The position numbers and the translations under genes were made by a program. This document shows, one piece after another, positions 21,511 through 31,135 of a DNA stretch of 64,000 nt (positions are counted from its first letter, which is position 1; every line of letters begins with the position of its first letter). The stretch covers positions 96,001-160,000 of the forward strand of contig CAXXVK010000010.1 in NCBI GenBank assembly GCA_963676915.2. Reading direction: 5' to 3'. The notes under the pieces were generated by a model. That model searched no databases, was not told the DNA's origin, and saw only the letters and a program-made list of their open reading frames with translations. Source of the stretch: Myxococcota bacterium (GTDB lineage Bacteria > Myxococcota_A > SURF-8 > G963663525).

Positions 21511-21538
21511 CAACAACACTTACTTGGCGAATATTCCC
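21511..21538 (-). promoter_or_regulatory. ECF12-type autoregulatory promoter
   Basis: GGGAAT-N18-GTTG on minus strand about 65 nt upstream of the sigma start. Confidence 0.75.
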
Positions 21539-21756
21539 AATCCTACGATTTTTCTTAAGAAATGTCGAAGAACGGGTGTCTTTTTGTGTAAGCTTTCGGT
21601 TTTTAAGGTGTTTTGTTGTTTGTTCGAGGTGGTAATTCATTGTTATTTTGCGATTTTGAGAGAGCACGTTTGGTTCCTGCTCCGCACGTTTGGTACTGGT
21701 ACCCTTTCGCCTTCAACGATCAAGTTTCTGACCTATCCGTGAAGGCGGATAATCCC

Positions 21757-21944
21757 GTAGGTCAGGCACATTTTTAGCCCTACACAGCTTGCTGATAAAG
21801 TGGTTTTGACGTTTCTGAACTTCAATAATTTCAATAAGTTACAGCGGAAAAATGTTCGAAGTGGGGTTTGTCAATTGCCTGGGCCGGGCTGATTTTTTAA
21901 CCCGACACTTTGGCATTGTCGGGCAAGAAATTTGCCCGACCTAC
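21757..21944. repeat. Cluster of GTAG-type REP-like repeats
   Basis: Best copy is reverse GTAGGTCGGGCAAATTTCTTGCCCGAC at 21918-21944; degenerate forward copies 21757-21785 and 21879-21908; relative at 52514-52536. Confidence 0.65.
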
Positions 21945-22011
21945 GCGAGACTTCGATAGATTTGTTGTTTTTGTACGAGGTGTGGATTCGTCGTTGTTTT
22001 GTGATCTTGAG

Positions 22012-22034
22012 GGAGCAGGATTGCATCCCCGTCC
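22012..22034 (+). repeat. REP-like hairpin, GGATTGCATCC family
   Basis: Relatives at 52649-52674, 52703-52730 (inverted) and 61006-61033. Confidence 0.55.
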
Positions 22035-22085
22035 TTCGACAAGGAAATATCGTTTTGTGTAAGCCCCTGTTTTTTAATCATAAAT

Positions 22086-23522
22086 TTATTCGAAACGCAG
22101 CAAGGCTCGATCTTCCGTACCTGGAACCGGCAGACGAGAATCCAGCTTCGGAACCGGGGCTGTAAATTCGTCTTCAGGCAGCCATTCGAAGGTGACCCGA
22201 ACCATTTGTCCATTGGGGAAGTTTTGGGTAGGTTGTCGCGTATCGAAACAGAGGTCCGGGGTTTTTAACGACCCGTTTTCAAGTATGAATTTTGGTAGAA
22301 TCTCGTCGGATTTTCTGTTGTGTCGGTAGGACCAAAGTGCCGTGAAGCGTGCGTTGGGAACAGACTGACGGACAAGGCAACGTCCCAGCACTTCCAAGCC
22401 TTCCAGCATTTCGTCGAGAGCGTCGGGTTGGATGGATGAGCCGTCGGTTTCGGGATAGGCAAGCCGGAACTTGCCTAAAAAACGACCTTCTCGGATTTTA
22501 CCGGAACGTTTCGAAAACAGGACGGTTTCTACGGGAAGAGCGTCCCCGTTTCGCCAGATCCACAGTCCTTTCGGTAACAGGCGAGGAGTGAAAACCTGCT
22601 GCATCTGCCGATGTCCATCGTTCTCCCAACGCACGATTTCCACCGCTTTTCCGTTTTCGTAGCGTCTTTGTTCCGTAGTCCGACCTTCGGTGTTTTGGCA
22701 GGTCCATGTACCGACCGGTGTTCCTCGACCGTCCCAGGTCATTTGACAGGCCGGTTTTCGGGAGTCGCCATCATAGGTAAAGCGCCTCCAGCGCGTAGCG
22801 AATCCGAACGAATAGGAAGCTTGTTGCAGGACTCGTCCTTTCTGATCGAGCGCTACCCAGTCGCCGTGGGGACGGTCGAAGGCGTCAACGGGTCGGATTT
22901 GCTGGCTACCATCCTGGAAACTCCGTGGCAGGGCTACAAGTCGCACACGTCGTGTGACGGCCCCCTCTATCGGGTCGATCAGGACAGCTTCTTCGTCGCA
23001 GGTGATAATCTGCAACTGCTTGAAATCAGGTCCGAAACCGATGCTCTCCAGCGGGGTTTGCTCGCAATGGGGGGAGGTTCTGCGTTCGGCTGGGACGATA
23101 TCTCCCAAACGAAACTGTCGAAACAGGTGATTCTCATGATACAGACGCAGGATGATACGCTCGTCCATTTCCGGGCAGCTTCCTGACGGGGAAACACAAT
23201 TCACCGGTCCCAGGTAATCGGCTATAACACTTCCCGTAGCTTCGATAAACAGCCGGTGGGGAGTCCACGAAAACGTGGAGATCAGACGGCAGTGTTTACC
23301 CGAGCGTTTCCAGATGCGCCCCTGGGGAATCGCTTGCGGCCCGTAGGTGACTTCGTAAGACTGTCGCCCTCTGCCGCAGGTAACGGGTACCGGCTCGGTG
23401 AGGTTTTCTTTCTCTTTCGGCAAGGTGCATAGCGGCGAAGGTTCGGCATGGATGGACGTAGAGAACAAGGCCAGCAAAACCCAGCCCAGTACCCCCGACA
23501 TCAGCCTGTAATTCAGCGGCAT
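22086..23522 (-). CDS. Exported hypothetical protein with MORN-like repeats
   Basis: Signal peptide, Cys-rich N half, G.W...G...Y.NG repeats; start overlaps envC end. Confidence 0.6.
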   Translation of the reverse strand: MPLNYRLMSGVLGWVLLALFSTSIHAEPSPLCTLPKEKENLTEPVPVTCGRGRQSYEVTYGPQAIPQGRIWKRSGKHCRLISTFSWTPHRLFIEATGSVIADYLGPVNCVSPSGSCPEMDERIILRLYHENHLFRQFRLGDIVPAERRTSPHCEQTPLESIGFGPDFKQLQIITCDEEAVLIDPIEGAVTRRVRLVALPRSFQDGSQQIRPVDAFDRPHGDWVALDQKGRVLQQASYSFGFATRWRRFTYDGDSRKPACQMTWDGRGTPVGTWTCQNTEGRTTEQRRYENGKAVEIVRWENDGHRQMQQVFTPRLLPKGLWIWRNGDALPVETVLFSKRSGKIREGRFLGKFRLAYPETDGSSIQPDALDEMLEGLEVLGRCLVRQSVPNARFTALWSYRHNRKSDEILPKFILENGSLKTPDLCFDTRQPTQNFPNGQMVRVTFEWLPEDEFTAPVPKLDSRLPVPGTEDRALLRFE

Positions 23523-24646
23523 TGCGCCCACTCTTCCGGATTTTGCGGTCTGCCTTTTTTACGGATTTCGAAGTACAGGCCCGGTGCGTCCAGGCTGCCG
23601 GTGGCTCCTACATAGCCGATGACATCCCCTGTTGCGACCTCGACGCCTTGCGGTTGCGCGATGGATTGCAGGTTGGCGAACAAGGTATGGTAACCGGAGC
23701 CGTGGTCGAGAATGATCAGGTTTCCGTAGCCTTTGAAGCGTCCCGCAAACCGTACCACACCTTTGGAAACGGCCCGGACGGGGCGACCGGCCGGAGCCTT
23801 GATCTTGATACCGCGATGGTATACGGGGCCGTAGTCGGTTTCCTCATTGCCAAAAAATTCGACGATCCGACCTTTGACGGGACAGGGCAGCTCTCCTTTA
23901 CTGGAGGCGAATGCGACTTCTCGTTTCTTTTCGGGCATTTTGCGAATTTTTCGCGCCAATTCCCGACTGGCTTTTTTTCTTTCTTTTTCATAGCGTCGGC
24001 GCAGTTTCTCGCTACCCCGGATTTCTTTCAGCATCGATTTGCGATGCGCTACGCCCTGTTGCATCACGGCCAGCTTTTGTTCCAGTTTTTGGACGGTTTG
24101 CTCGGCCTGTGTCTTGGCTTCCAGAGATTTATCATGAGCCATGCGAGCTTCAGCAACGGAATCGAAGTACGAACGGAAGGTCTGTTCGTCGTGCTTCATC
24201 AGGCGATTCATGTAAAAGTTACGCAAGCTGTAGTCTGCAACGCCTTCCGAGCCGAAAAGGAATTCCGCCTCGGCAACGCGCCCGGTCATATAGGCGGCAC
24301 GCAGTCGCTGGATGACACGCTTTTTCAAGGTTTTCATTTGTTCGACACGATTTTTGTATTCTTTCTCGGCGTCTTCGCTGAGTTTTTTAAGTTCCGTTAC
24401 CCGTTGGCGACCTTTTCGGGTTTCCTCGGCGGCTTGTTCGAGCCAGCGTTCCCATTTATCCAGTTCTTCGAGCAAAGACGTTTCTTTTTGCGTCAGATCG
24501 GCCATTTTCGGCAGATTCTCGGAGGTTGCTTGCGGGGGTTCCTCGGCCCACAGTTGTGCCGTCAACATCAGAATGCAGAAAAAAAGCGGAATAAGGAAAA
24601 TTTTTCGAGGTGAAACCACGGTATTCCCGAAGAAAAAAGAAAGCAT
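23513..24646 (-). CDS. envC: EnvC-like murein hydrolase activator (coiled coil + M23 domain)
   Basis: Signal peptide, coiled coil, HRGIKI...GYGNLIILDHG...LYFEIR; follows ftsEX; ATG 24646 directly after the repeat element. Confidence 0.9.
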   Translation of the reverse strand: MLSFFFGNTVVSPRKIFLIPLFFCILMLTAQLWAEEPPQATSENLPKMADLTQKETSLLEELDKWERWLEQAAEETRKGRQRVTELKKLSEDAEKEYKNRVEQMKTLKKRVIQRLRAAYMTGRVAEAEFLFGSEGVADYSLRNFYMNRLMKHDEQTFRSYFDSVAEARMAHDKSLEAKTQAEQTVQKLEQKLAVMQQGVAHRKSMLKEIRGSEKLRRRYEKERKKASRELARKIRKMPEKKREVAFASSKGELPCPVKGRIVEFFGNEETDYGPVYHRGIKIKAPAGRPVRAVSKGVVRFAGRFKGYGNLIILDHGSGYHTLFANLQSIAQPQGVEVATGDVIGYVGATGSLDAPGLYFEIRKKGRPQNPEEWAQCR

Positions 24647-24826
24647 CAACCCGGAACATTCATGAAAATCGTAGCGAGACGCCGGAAACCGAAGAACTTT
24701 CGCGAAGTTGGAGCGATTTTCACCCGCAGGCATACTGGAAAGTCTGTCGAGGATGAAAATCGGGAAACGAGTGAAAGATCGAGAGTTTTCAAGTCGGAGT
24801 AGATTCTTCATGAATATTCCGGGTTA
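24647..24826 (+). mobile_element. 180-bp palindromic element, copy 1
   Basis: TIR AACCCGGAACATTCATGAA/TTCATGAATATTCCGGGTT (18/19); aligns with 29036-29216 and 46792-46971. Confidence 0.9.
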
Positions 24827-25723
24827 GGCCGCTCTCTGGAGAAATCTCGACACCGCTGCCGCCGCCGAAACCGCACCCAGCACGATCCCGAACAGGATCA
24901 CCAATCCGCACCACGACAGCGGCAGAAACTCGGGGTTGAAATCGGTGAACACGGTTCGCAACGCTTCTCCGGCGGCATTGCGTATCGCCAGATGCATCAG
25001 GCCGAGCAATCCAAGCCCCAAAAATGCACCGAGCAATCCCTGAATCGCACCTTCCACAACGTACGGCGCTCCGATAAACCCACCCGTCGCACCGACGAGC
25101 CGTAGAATTTCCACTTCCTCGACACGAGCATACAGGCGCATTCGCACCATGCTGGAAACCAGAAACGCCAAGGCGGCCGAGACGCCCAGCCCCAAAAGCA
25201 GTCCTGCCAGCTTGAACAGCGCCAAAAAGGCGTTGAGTTTGTTGAACACCTCATGCCCGAACACAACCTCGTCCACGCCCTCTAACTCGCTGAGTTTCCG
25301 AGTGAAATCATCAAGTTCCTCTGTCTCGTCCACCCAGGGTTTCAAGACGATTTCGAAACTTCGCGGAAAAGGGTTTTCGTCGATGCCGTCGAGGATATAT
25401 TGACGACCGGGGAATTTCTGTAAAAACAGCGTTTTGGCCTGTTCGGCATTGATAAACGTCCATTCCACGGCTTCTTCCATTGCCGAAAACTGGGCCTGGA
25501 GATGTTCCACCCGAGCGTCGTCGGCGTCCGCATCGAGAAAGACGTGGACTTTGATCGAGCGGGTCCAGCTTTGGCTGGCGCGTTCGAGGTTGAAAGCCGC
25601 CAGCAGAAACGATTGCAAAAGCAACAGGCATACGGCGATGACCGAAAGGCTCATCGCGGTGGGCCAGGGTTCCCGCACGAGCGACTTGATCGCCCGGCCA
25701 ATGTGCTGGGTCAGCGTTTTCAC
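24824..25723 (-). CDS. ftsX: Cell-division ABC permease FtsX
   Basis: 4 TM, ENPFPRSFEI, EILRLVGAT...PYVVEG. Confidence 0.95.
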   Translation of the reverse strand: MKTLTQHIGRAIKSLVREPWPTAMSLSVIAVCLLLLQSFLLAAFNLERASQSWTRSIKVHVFLDADADDARVEHLQAQFSAMEEAVEWTFINAEQAKTLFLQKFPGRQYILDGIDENPFPRSFEIVLKPWVDETEELDDFTRKLSELEGVDEVVFGHEVFNKLNAFLALFKLAGLLLGLGVSAALAFLVSSMVRMRLYARVEEVEILRLVGATGGFIGAPYVVEGAIQGLLGAFLGLGLLGLMHLAIRNAAGEALRTVFTDFNPEFLPLSWCGLVILFGIVLGAVSAAAAVSRFLQRAA

Positions 25724-25728
25724 GTCGG

Positions 25729-26409
25729 TTATTCGTCCTCCATCGGTACGGGGCGCGAGTCGGTGGCAACGTGTCCCCCGCTTAGTTTGATGACTCTCTG
25801 GTAACTATCGGTATACAGGGAAGAATCGTGGGTAGCGACCACGACCGTTGCGCCTTTTCGGTGGGCGTCGTGGATCAGGTCCATCACGCCTCGGGCGGAT
25901 TCGTCGTCCAGGTTGCCTGTGGGTTCGTCCGCCAACAGAATTTTGGGCTGACCGACCATCGCCCGCGCCACCGATACTCGTTGCTGCTCACCGCCGCTGA
26001 GTTGCGGAGGATAGCTAAGTAAGCGATTTTCCAGGCCGACGGAGCGCAGCACGTGTTCGACCCGCTTGCGGATATCTTTGGAACCGACGCCCTGGACCTC
26101 CAACGTAACCGCCACGTTTTCGAATACGTTACGGTTGGCTATCAGCTTGAAGTCCTGAAAGACCACGCCGATTTCCCGCCGAAGCAGAGGCAGTTTCCGG
26201 CCAATACGTCCAAGGTGACGGCCATGAATCAATACCTGCCCGCCGGTGATTTTTTCGGCTCCGAAAATGAGTTTCAGCAGTGTGGATTTTCCCGCACCGC
26301 TAACGCCGGTCAAAAAAGCGAACTCGCCTTCTTTGATACGCAAGGTAAGGCTGTCCAGGATGTTTTGTCCCGGTTGATAGGCTTTGCAAACTGAATACAG
26401 ACGAATCAT
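25729..26409 (-). CDS. ftsE: Cell-division ATPase FtsE
   Basis: GVSGAGKST, VFQDFKL, LSGGEQQR, LADEPTGNLD. Confidence 0.96.
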   Translation of the reverse strand: MIRLYSVCKAYQPGQNILDSLTLRIKEGEFAFLTGVSGAGKSTLLKLIFGAEKITGGQVLIHGRHLGRIGRKLPLLRREIGVVFQDFKLIANRNVFENVAVTLEVQGVGSKDIRKRVEHVLRSVGLENRLLSYPPQLSGGEQQRVSVARAMVGQPKILLADEPTGNLDDESARGVMDLIHDAHRKGATVVVATHDSSLYTDSYQRVIKLSGGHVATDSRPVPMEDE

Positions 26410-26674
26410 CTAAGGTGTTACCTGGTTCGTTCGAAGGCTGAGGTTTTCTCGATTGTCGTAAGATTTCGGCGAAATGCAAGTTTTTCCGAAGATGTGGCGG
26501 TTTCTTCTTTGGAATTGGTGCTCTTCGCTTATCCCTGTGATCATGACTTGAGCCGTTTCAAACCTTTTGCACTTTTACTTGTATCACGGTAAAAGTGTGA
26601 CACACAAGCATGGAATTTTCCTAAATTCACCAGAGCCAAAAACAGGTACGAAATTCAATGCAAAGAGCGAATCT

Positions 26675-27307
26675 ATGAGCAGCCCTGAAAACGAAAAAGA
26701 CCGAAGTGGCCATCCGTCGTCCGATGAATTTCTTCTCCAAGCCGCAACGCTTCAAAGACAATCCGAGCAGGTGTTATCCAAACTTGATCTTATAGGACGC
26801 TGGAGTCGGGTGGGTCGCGTGGTGAGTGTCGGTTCTTCCCGGTTTGGTCTGATGACTTCTCCCAATCTGGATTTTGAAATTTACGTCGAAAAACCGGCCA
26901 TCGATATCGGATTCGATACGATTCGAGATCTTGCCGGAATTTCCGGGGTGGAATCCGTTGTATACAGAAATTTCATGGGGACGCCCGATCCGGGCTTGTA
27001 CTGGAGAATCGATTACCGCGATATCGAAGGAAAACTGTGGGATATCGATCAATGGCTTGTGCCTTTTGATCATCCTCATACCGGTATGGCCGAACGCTTC
27101 GTTGATTCTATGTGCCGTGTTTTGACGGATACAACCCGAAAAACCATTCTTGAAATCAAGTCGGCTCGTCCTGAACTGGGATCGTTTCGCGGTATCGATG
27201 CCTATATGGCGGTTATTCGCGATCATGTCTCCGGAGTGGAGGAATTCAGAGACTGGCTTAAAAAAAATCCGCCCGTATTCGAACGAATCGAAACATGGTG
27301 TCCGTAA
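26675..27307 (+). CDS. Hypothetical protein with nucleotidyltransferase-like motif
   Basis: VGSSRFGLMTSPNLDFEIY resembles the Pol-beta GS...DxD motif. Confidence 0.55.
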   Translation: MSSPENEKDRSGHPSSDEFLLQAATLQRQSEQVLSKLDLIGRWSRVGRVVSVGSSRFGLMTSPNLDFEIYVEKPAIDIGFDTIRDLAGISGVESVVYRNFMGTPDPGLYWRIDYRDIEGKLWDIDQWLVPFDHPHTGMAERFVDSMCRVLTDTTRKTILEIKSARPELGSFRGIDAYMAVIRDHVSGVEEFRDWLKKNPPVFERIETWCP

Positions 27308-27413
27308 AAAAACAAAACCGCCCATTTTTCCATTACATTTTCTGAAACGTCACTTGTGTTTTTTTAAGACGAATTGGGTGATTTTCTACCCATTTCCTGA
27401 AAAGTCTCTCCAC

Positions 27414-27442
27414 TTGACGTACGTCTGTTGCTTGATTACAAT
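27414..27442 (+). promoter_or_regulatory. Sigma70 promoter of the TlpA gene
   Basis: TTGACG-N17-TACAAT. Confidence 0.7.
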
Positions 27443-27512
27443 ACACCTGCACGTGAGAGACAAATGTCGAAATCTTGGGGAATTTTCAACGGATGCACGG
27501 AGAGAGAAACCG

Positions 27513-28223
27513 ATGAGACCTAAGTGGTTTATCCCGCTATTGTTGTTGCTTTTTGTAGTTCCCGGTTCCGCTTTGGCCCAGTTCAAAGTCAAGACCGGCG
27601 AGCATGTCCAGTCTTTCGGTTTGAAACCGTTGTGTGTCGATAAAGGCGAGCGTCCCAAGTTCGTTTTCGTGGATACGTATGTCGGTGAAAATGCCAAGCG
27701 TCCCGTAAAAATTCTCTGGGTGGCTTTTTTCGCTTCCTGGTGTGAACCCTGCAAAAAAGAGCTACCGAAGCTTAACGAGTTGTACAAAGCCTACAAAGAT
27801 CAGGGGTTGCAGGTGTTGGCGATCAACATCGACAAAGACCCCGACGAAATCGCCAAGGCCCGTGAGATCGTAAAAGCTATCGCACCCGAGTTCCCTGTGT
27901 TGTCGGACAAAATGCAAATCGTCACGCGGCGGTATTTCGATACGGAAAAATCGATTTCCCTGCCTGCGAACCTGGTTATTGATTCCGATGGCGCGATTCT
28001 TTCCACGTTGGCCGGAGCCGATCAAAAACAATTGACGGAGATGGAATCCCTCGTTCGCGAAAAGATCGGGGCAAAGCCAATTTCCGGCAAAGATCGGGGG
28101 TTTTTGTTCATCGACATGAACGGTGAATCCAAAGCGAAATCCAAGATTAAAAAGAATAAAGCGAAGAAAAATCGGAAAAAGAGTCATCGGAAGACCACTC
28201 GAAAAAGTGCGAAGCGGGAGTGA
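27513..28223 (+). CDS. TlpA-family thiol-disulfide oxidoreductase with basic tail
   Basis: Signal peptide, FFASWCEPCKKELP, cis-Pro SLP; K/R-rich C-terminus. Confidence 0.9.
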   Translation: MRPKWFIPLLLLLFVVPGSALAQFKVKTGEHVQSFGLKPLCVDKGERPKFVFVDTYVGENAKRPVKILWVAFFASWCEPCKKELPKLNELYKAYKDQGLQVLAINIDKDPDEIAKAREIVKAIAPEFPVLSDKMQIVTRRYFDTEKSISLPANLVIDSDGAILSTLAGADQKQLTEMESLVREKIGAKPISGKDRGFLFIDMNGESKAKSKIKKNKAKKNRKKSHRKTTRKSAKRE

Positions 28224-28239
28224 AAAGCCAAGAAACGGC

Positions 28240-28268
28240 TTGACGTACGGTGCTAAATCTCCCACAAT
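28240..28268 (+). promoter_or_regulatory. Sigma70 promoter of the lipoprotein gene
   Basis: TTGACG-N17-CACAAT. Confidence 0.55.
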
Positions 28269-28395
28269 TTCAAGAGCGTAGAGAAAATTCGGCCTTATGC
28301 CGGAAAAAAATTAAACAAAACATGCGTTTGTCCGGTCAAAGAAGTGACCCGGAAACGAAAACTCTTTGAGATTCATTCTTCAAAAGGAGATTCAA

Positions 28396-28896
28396 ATGCG
28401 TACGATTTTGGTTTTGGGGCTGATTTTAGGATTGGGACTGGTAGGCTGTGCCAAAGCGCCGGAGGGACGTACGGTCGATATGAGCAACACCGCCCAGACG
28501 AATCTGCCCAAACTGATCGTTCAGAAAATGAACGGATCGGATGTCAACGATGGGTTGCGCACGAACCTGACCAATTTGTTCTGCACCGAACTGGCCGCCC
28601 AGAAAACCTACGAAGTGATTTGCGCCGACGAAGCCGCCGCCATCATGCAGCAGTCCACCACTGGAGCTTTGATGGGTTCCTGCGATGACGAAGACTGCCT
28701 GGATAGCATCGAGAAAACGATGCAGTCCGATTTCACCGTTTCTTCCACGGTGGGCAAAAGCGACAATGGGTACGTGCTGACCGCCGGAATCATGAACAAC
28801 GCAGCGAAACGTGTCGTCAAGCGTGGCGAATATATTGTGTACAGCGAAGACGACCTCGTCGAAGGCGTTCGCAAACTGGCGGCAAGCCTGAAGTAA
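28396..28896 (+). CDS. Hypothetical lipoprotein
   Basis: AAGGAG RBS; lipobox LVGC; GSCDDEDCL motif. Confidence 0.8.
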   Translation: MRTILVLGLILGLGLVGCAKAPEGRTVDMSNTAQTNLPKLIVQKMNGSDVNDGLRTNLTNLFCTELAAQKTYEVICADEAAAIMQQSTTGALMGSCDDEDCLDSIEKTMQSDFTVSSTVGKSDNGYVLTAGIMNNAAKRVVKRGEYIVYSEDDLVEGVRKLAASLK

Positions 28897-29002
28897 TCCG
28901 GCGCAATTCCGGGTCGAGCGGCCGTTGTTTGTTTGGAACGAACGGGGCGTATTTTGCCCTGTGATGTGTCGTATACGGCTCTGATATGGAAGGTTTTTCG
29001 TT

Positions 29003-29030
29003 ACGGACCTCGAATAGAGGTCCGTTTTTT
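29003..29030 (+). terminator. Intrinsic terminator
   Basis: ACGGACCTC-GAATA-GAGGTCCGTTTTTT. Confidence 0.85.
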
Positions 29031-29035
29031 CGTCT

Positions 29036-29216
29036 TAACCTGAGAATTCATGAAAGATCGTTGCGAGACGCAGGAAACCGAAGAACTTTCATGAAGTTGG
29101 AGCGATTTTTTAGCGGAAGCAACCTTGACAGGTTGTTGAGTATAAAAAATCGTGAAACGAGTGAAAGATCGAGAGTTTTCAAGTCTCAGTAGATTTTTGA
29201 TGAATTATTCAGGTTA
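29036..29216 (+). mobile_element. 180-bp palindromic element, copy 2
   Basis: TAACCTGA...TCAGGTTA termini; internal sequence aligns with copy 1. Confidence 0.88.
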
Positions 29217-29401
29217 AATCAAAGGATTCTGGAATTTCGTCAGGATTCGTGGCAGCATGGTTGTACCAATGGAAGCCCTACGAAATTAGGCTTTTAGTCA
29301 TTCAAGCCCTTTTTTACGTTCATGTTTCGCCGAGTCGGAAGACCCGACGGGAACCCCGGTTGAGGTTCAAAACTTCGAGGCGGGGTACAGGCAGGAAAAT
29401 C

Positions 29402-31135
29402 ATGGAGTTTGCCGAAAAGAGCGCCACGCAAAAAATTCTCGTTGCTATCGGCTTTGCGATGGTGTGTTTGTGGCTACTCGTTCCCTGTGTCGGAAACACC
29501 GCCGAAGAGGAACGAAGCACCGGTCCCGTTTTGACACCGAAAAGCGAAAAGAGCTTTCAACGTCTCGATGCACGTCTTGCCGAAACGCTGCCGGAAGGCT
29601 GGAGTACACTCCGTCTGAGCATCGAAAAAGACCGGGTGGTCATCCGTTTTTCCGGGCCGGGAACGTCGGAAGTCGTGGTTTCGTTGCTTCATCCGTCTCG
29701 CTACTGGCCTGGAGATCGATGGATCGGTGGGGATTCGGAGCGTCTTTTCGCGCTTCGTTGCGATTCGAAGCAAAAAGGTGCAAAAATCGTTCTCGATGCC
29801 TTGGAACGTGCCTTCGGTTCCTCCGAGCATCTGGAAGACTACTGGACGCAACGAGCCTCGGTGCAAAAATCCACTTTGGAGCAATCCGTGGGCGCTGCCA
29901 TCGAAAAGCTGTTGAATTCCGGGAATTTCGAGATAGCTGAGGATTTGATTCGCGCTCTGAGGTTTCAATCTCCCGAAAACGTCGAAGCTCTCGTTCTTGA
30001 TCTGCGACTTGGGATCGAACGCGGAGACGCCGATGTTGAAACCAAACTGCGGCAACTTCTCGAAAGGTTTGATGGGCAGGCAAAATCTTCCGTGCAGATG
30101 GAAAGCGTACGTTTGGCCCTGAAAAACGGAACGGTTCCCCTCGTGTCTTTGGAGGATGTCGCCCGAGGCTCAAGCGACGTTTGTCGTCCCTTGAGCCTTT
30201 TATCAACGTTGCAGCGTATCGAGGAGACGCAGGTTGCATCCCGTGTGCCGTTGTTGCTCGATGCTGCACGCGCCTATTCCGATTGCGAAGCCTTCGATCG
30301 TGCCTTGTCGAAGATCATGGTCGAAAGGAATTTGGGAAAAGAACTCGTTGAGCTGGCCCGGATTCGTTTGCAAAAAACACCCGAGTCCCCGGAGTGGCTC
30401 GTACGTCAGGCCACCGGCTATCGTTTGTTGAAGCAATTCGATAAAGCCTTGGAAGCTTATGAAAAGATTCAGAAAATCGACCCAGGACGGGACGACGTAA
30501 TCAGCGCTTACAGCACGGTGTGTGCTTCACATCCCGATCCTGACGCCGTGGATCGTCGTCTAGCGGCTCGCCTGAAAGCCGATCCGAACGACCGAATGGC
30601 GCGGCATGCCCAAGCGGTTTGTCATTACTACCGGCACGAATTCGAGCAGGTCATTCCTTTGACCGATCGTTTGGAAAAGGAAATGCCTGAAAATTCAAGG
30701 GTTTGGGTGTACGGGGGAATGTCCCGTTACGAGTTGGGCGATTCCAAGGGAGCGCGGGTGCGCATCGAGAGGCTCCCAAAACTGCCGAACATGGACAAAG
30801 ATTATTACTACTGCTCGGCGATTTTATCCCAACAACACGACCTGGGACGGGCGAAAACCATGTTGCGACGCTATATCGACGCTCCACATACCCCGCTGGA
30901 TCGTGCGGAAAAAATCGACTTCGCCCGCGATGCCCTTCGGCGGCTGGAGTCCGGGAAGATCGTGGAGGAATGGCTACCGCTCCGACAGCATGATATCGCC
31001 ATGAAAAGCCAGCACGGCGGACCGGATTCACCGACCGAAGGTGAGTCCTCCTGTCGATCGGCCCAGGGGCTTGCCGGATGGTTCGGCCTGATTCTCATCC
31101 TGGGTTTCGGGTGGCGACGGGCGCGGCATTCATGA
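29402..31135 (+). CDS. Exported TPR protein with MYXO-CTERM-like C-terminal sorting signal
   Basis: Signal peptide, TPR helices, tail SSC-RSAQG-hydrophobic-WRRAR. Confidence 0.7.
   Translation: MEFAEKSATQKILVAIGFAMVCLWLLVPCVGNTAEEERSTGPVLTPKSEKSFQRLDARLAETLPEGWSTLRLSIEKDRVVIRFSGPGTSEVVVSLLHPSRYWPGDRWIGGDSERLFALRCDSKQKGAKIVLDALERAFGSSEHLEDYWTQRASVQKSTLEQSVGAAIEKLLNSGNFEIAEDLIRALRFQSPENVEALVLDLRLGIERGDADVETKLRQLLERFDGQAKSSVQMESVRLALKNGTVPLVSLEDVARGSSDVCRPLSLLSTLQRIEETQVASRVPLLLDAARAYSDCEAFDRALSKIMVERNLGKELVELARIRLQKTPESPEWLVRQATGYRLLKQFDKALEAYEKIQKIDPGRDDVISAYSTVCASHPDPDAVDRRLAARLKADPNDRMARHAQAVCHYYRHEFEQVIPLTDRLEKEMPENSRVWVYGGMSRYELGDSKGARVRIERLPKLPNMDKDYYYCSAILSQQHDLGRAKTMLRRYIDAPHTPLDRAEKIDFARDALRRLESGKIVEEWLPLRQHDIAMKSQHGGPDSPTEGESSCRSAQGLAGWFGLILILGFGWRRARHS

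Noticed and set aside
21988-22010. GTCGTTGTTTTGTGATC resembling the MITE right TIR
   Set aside because: Match too short and degenerate to call
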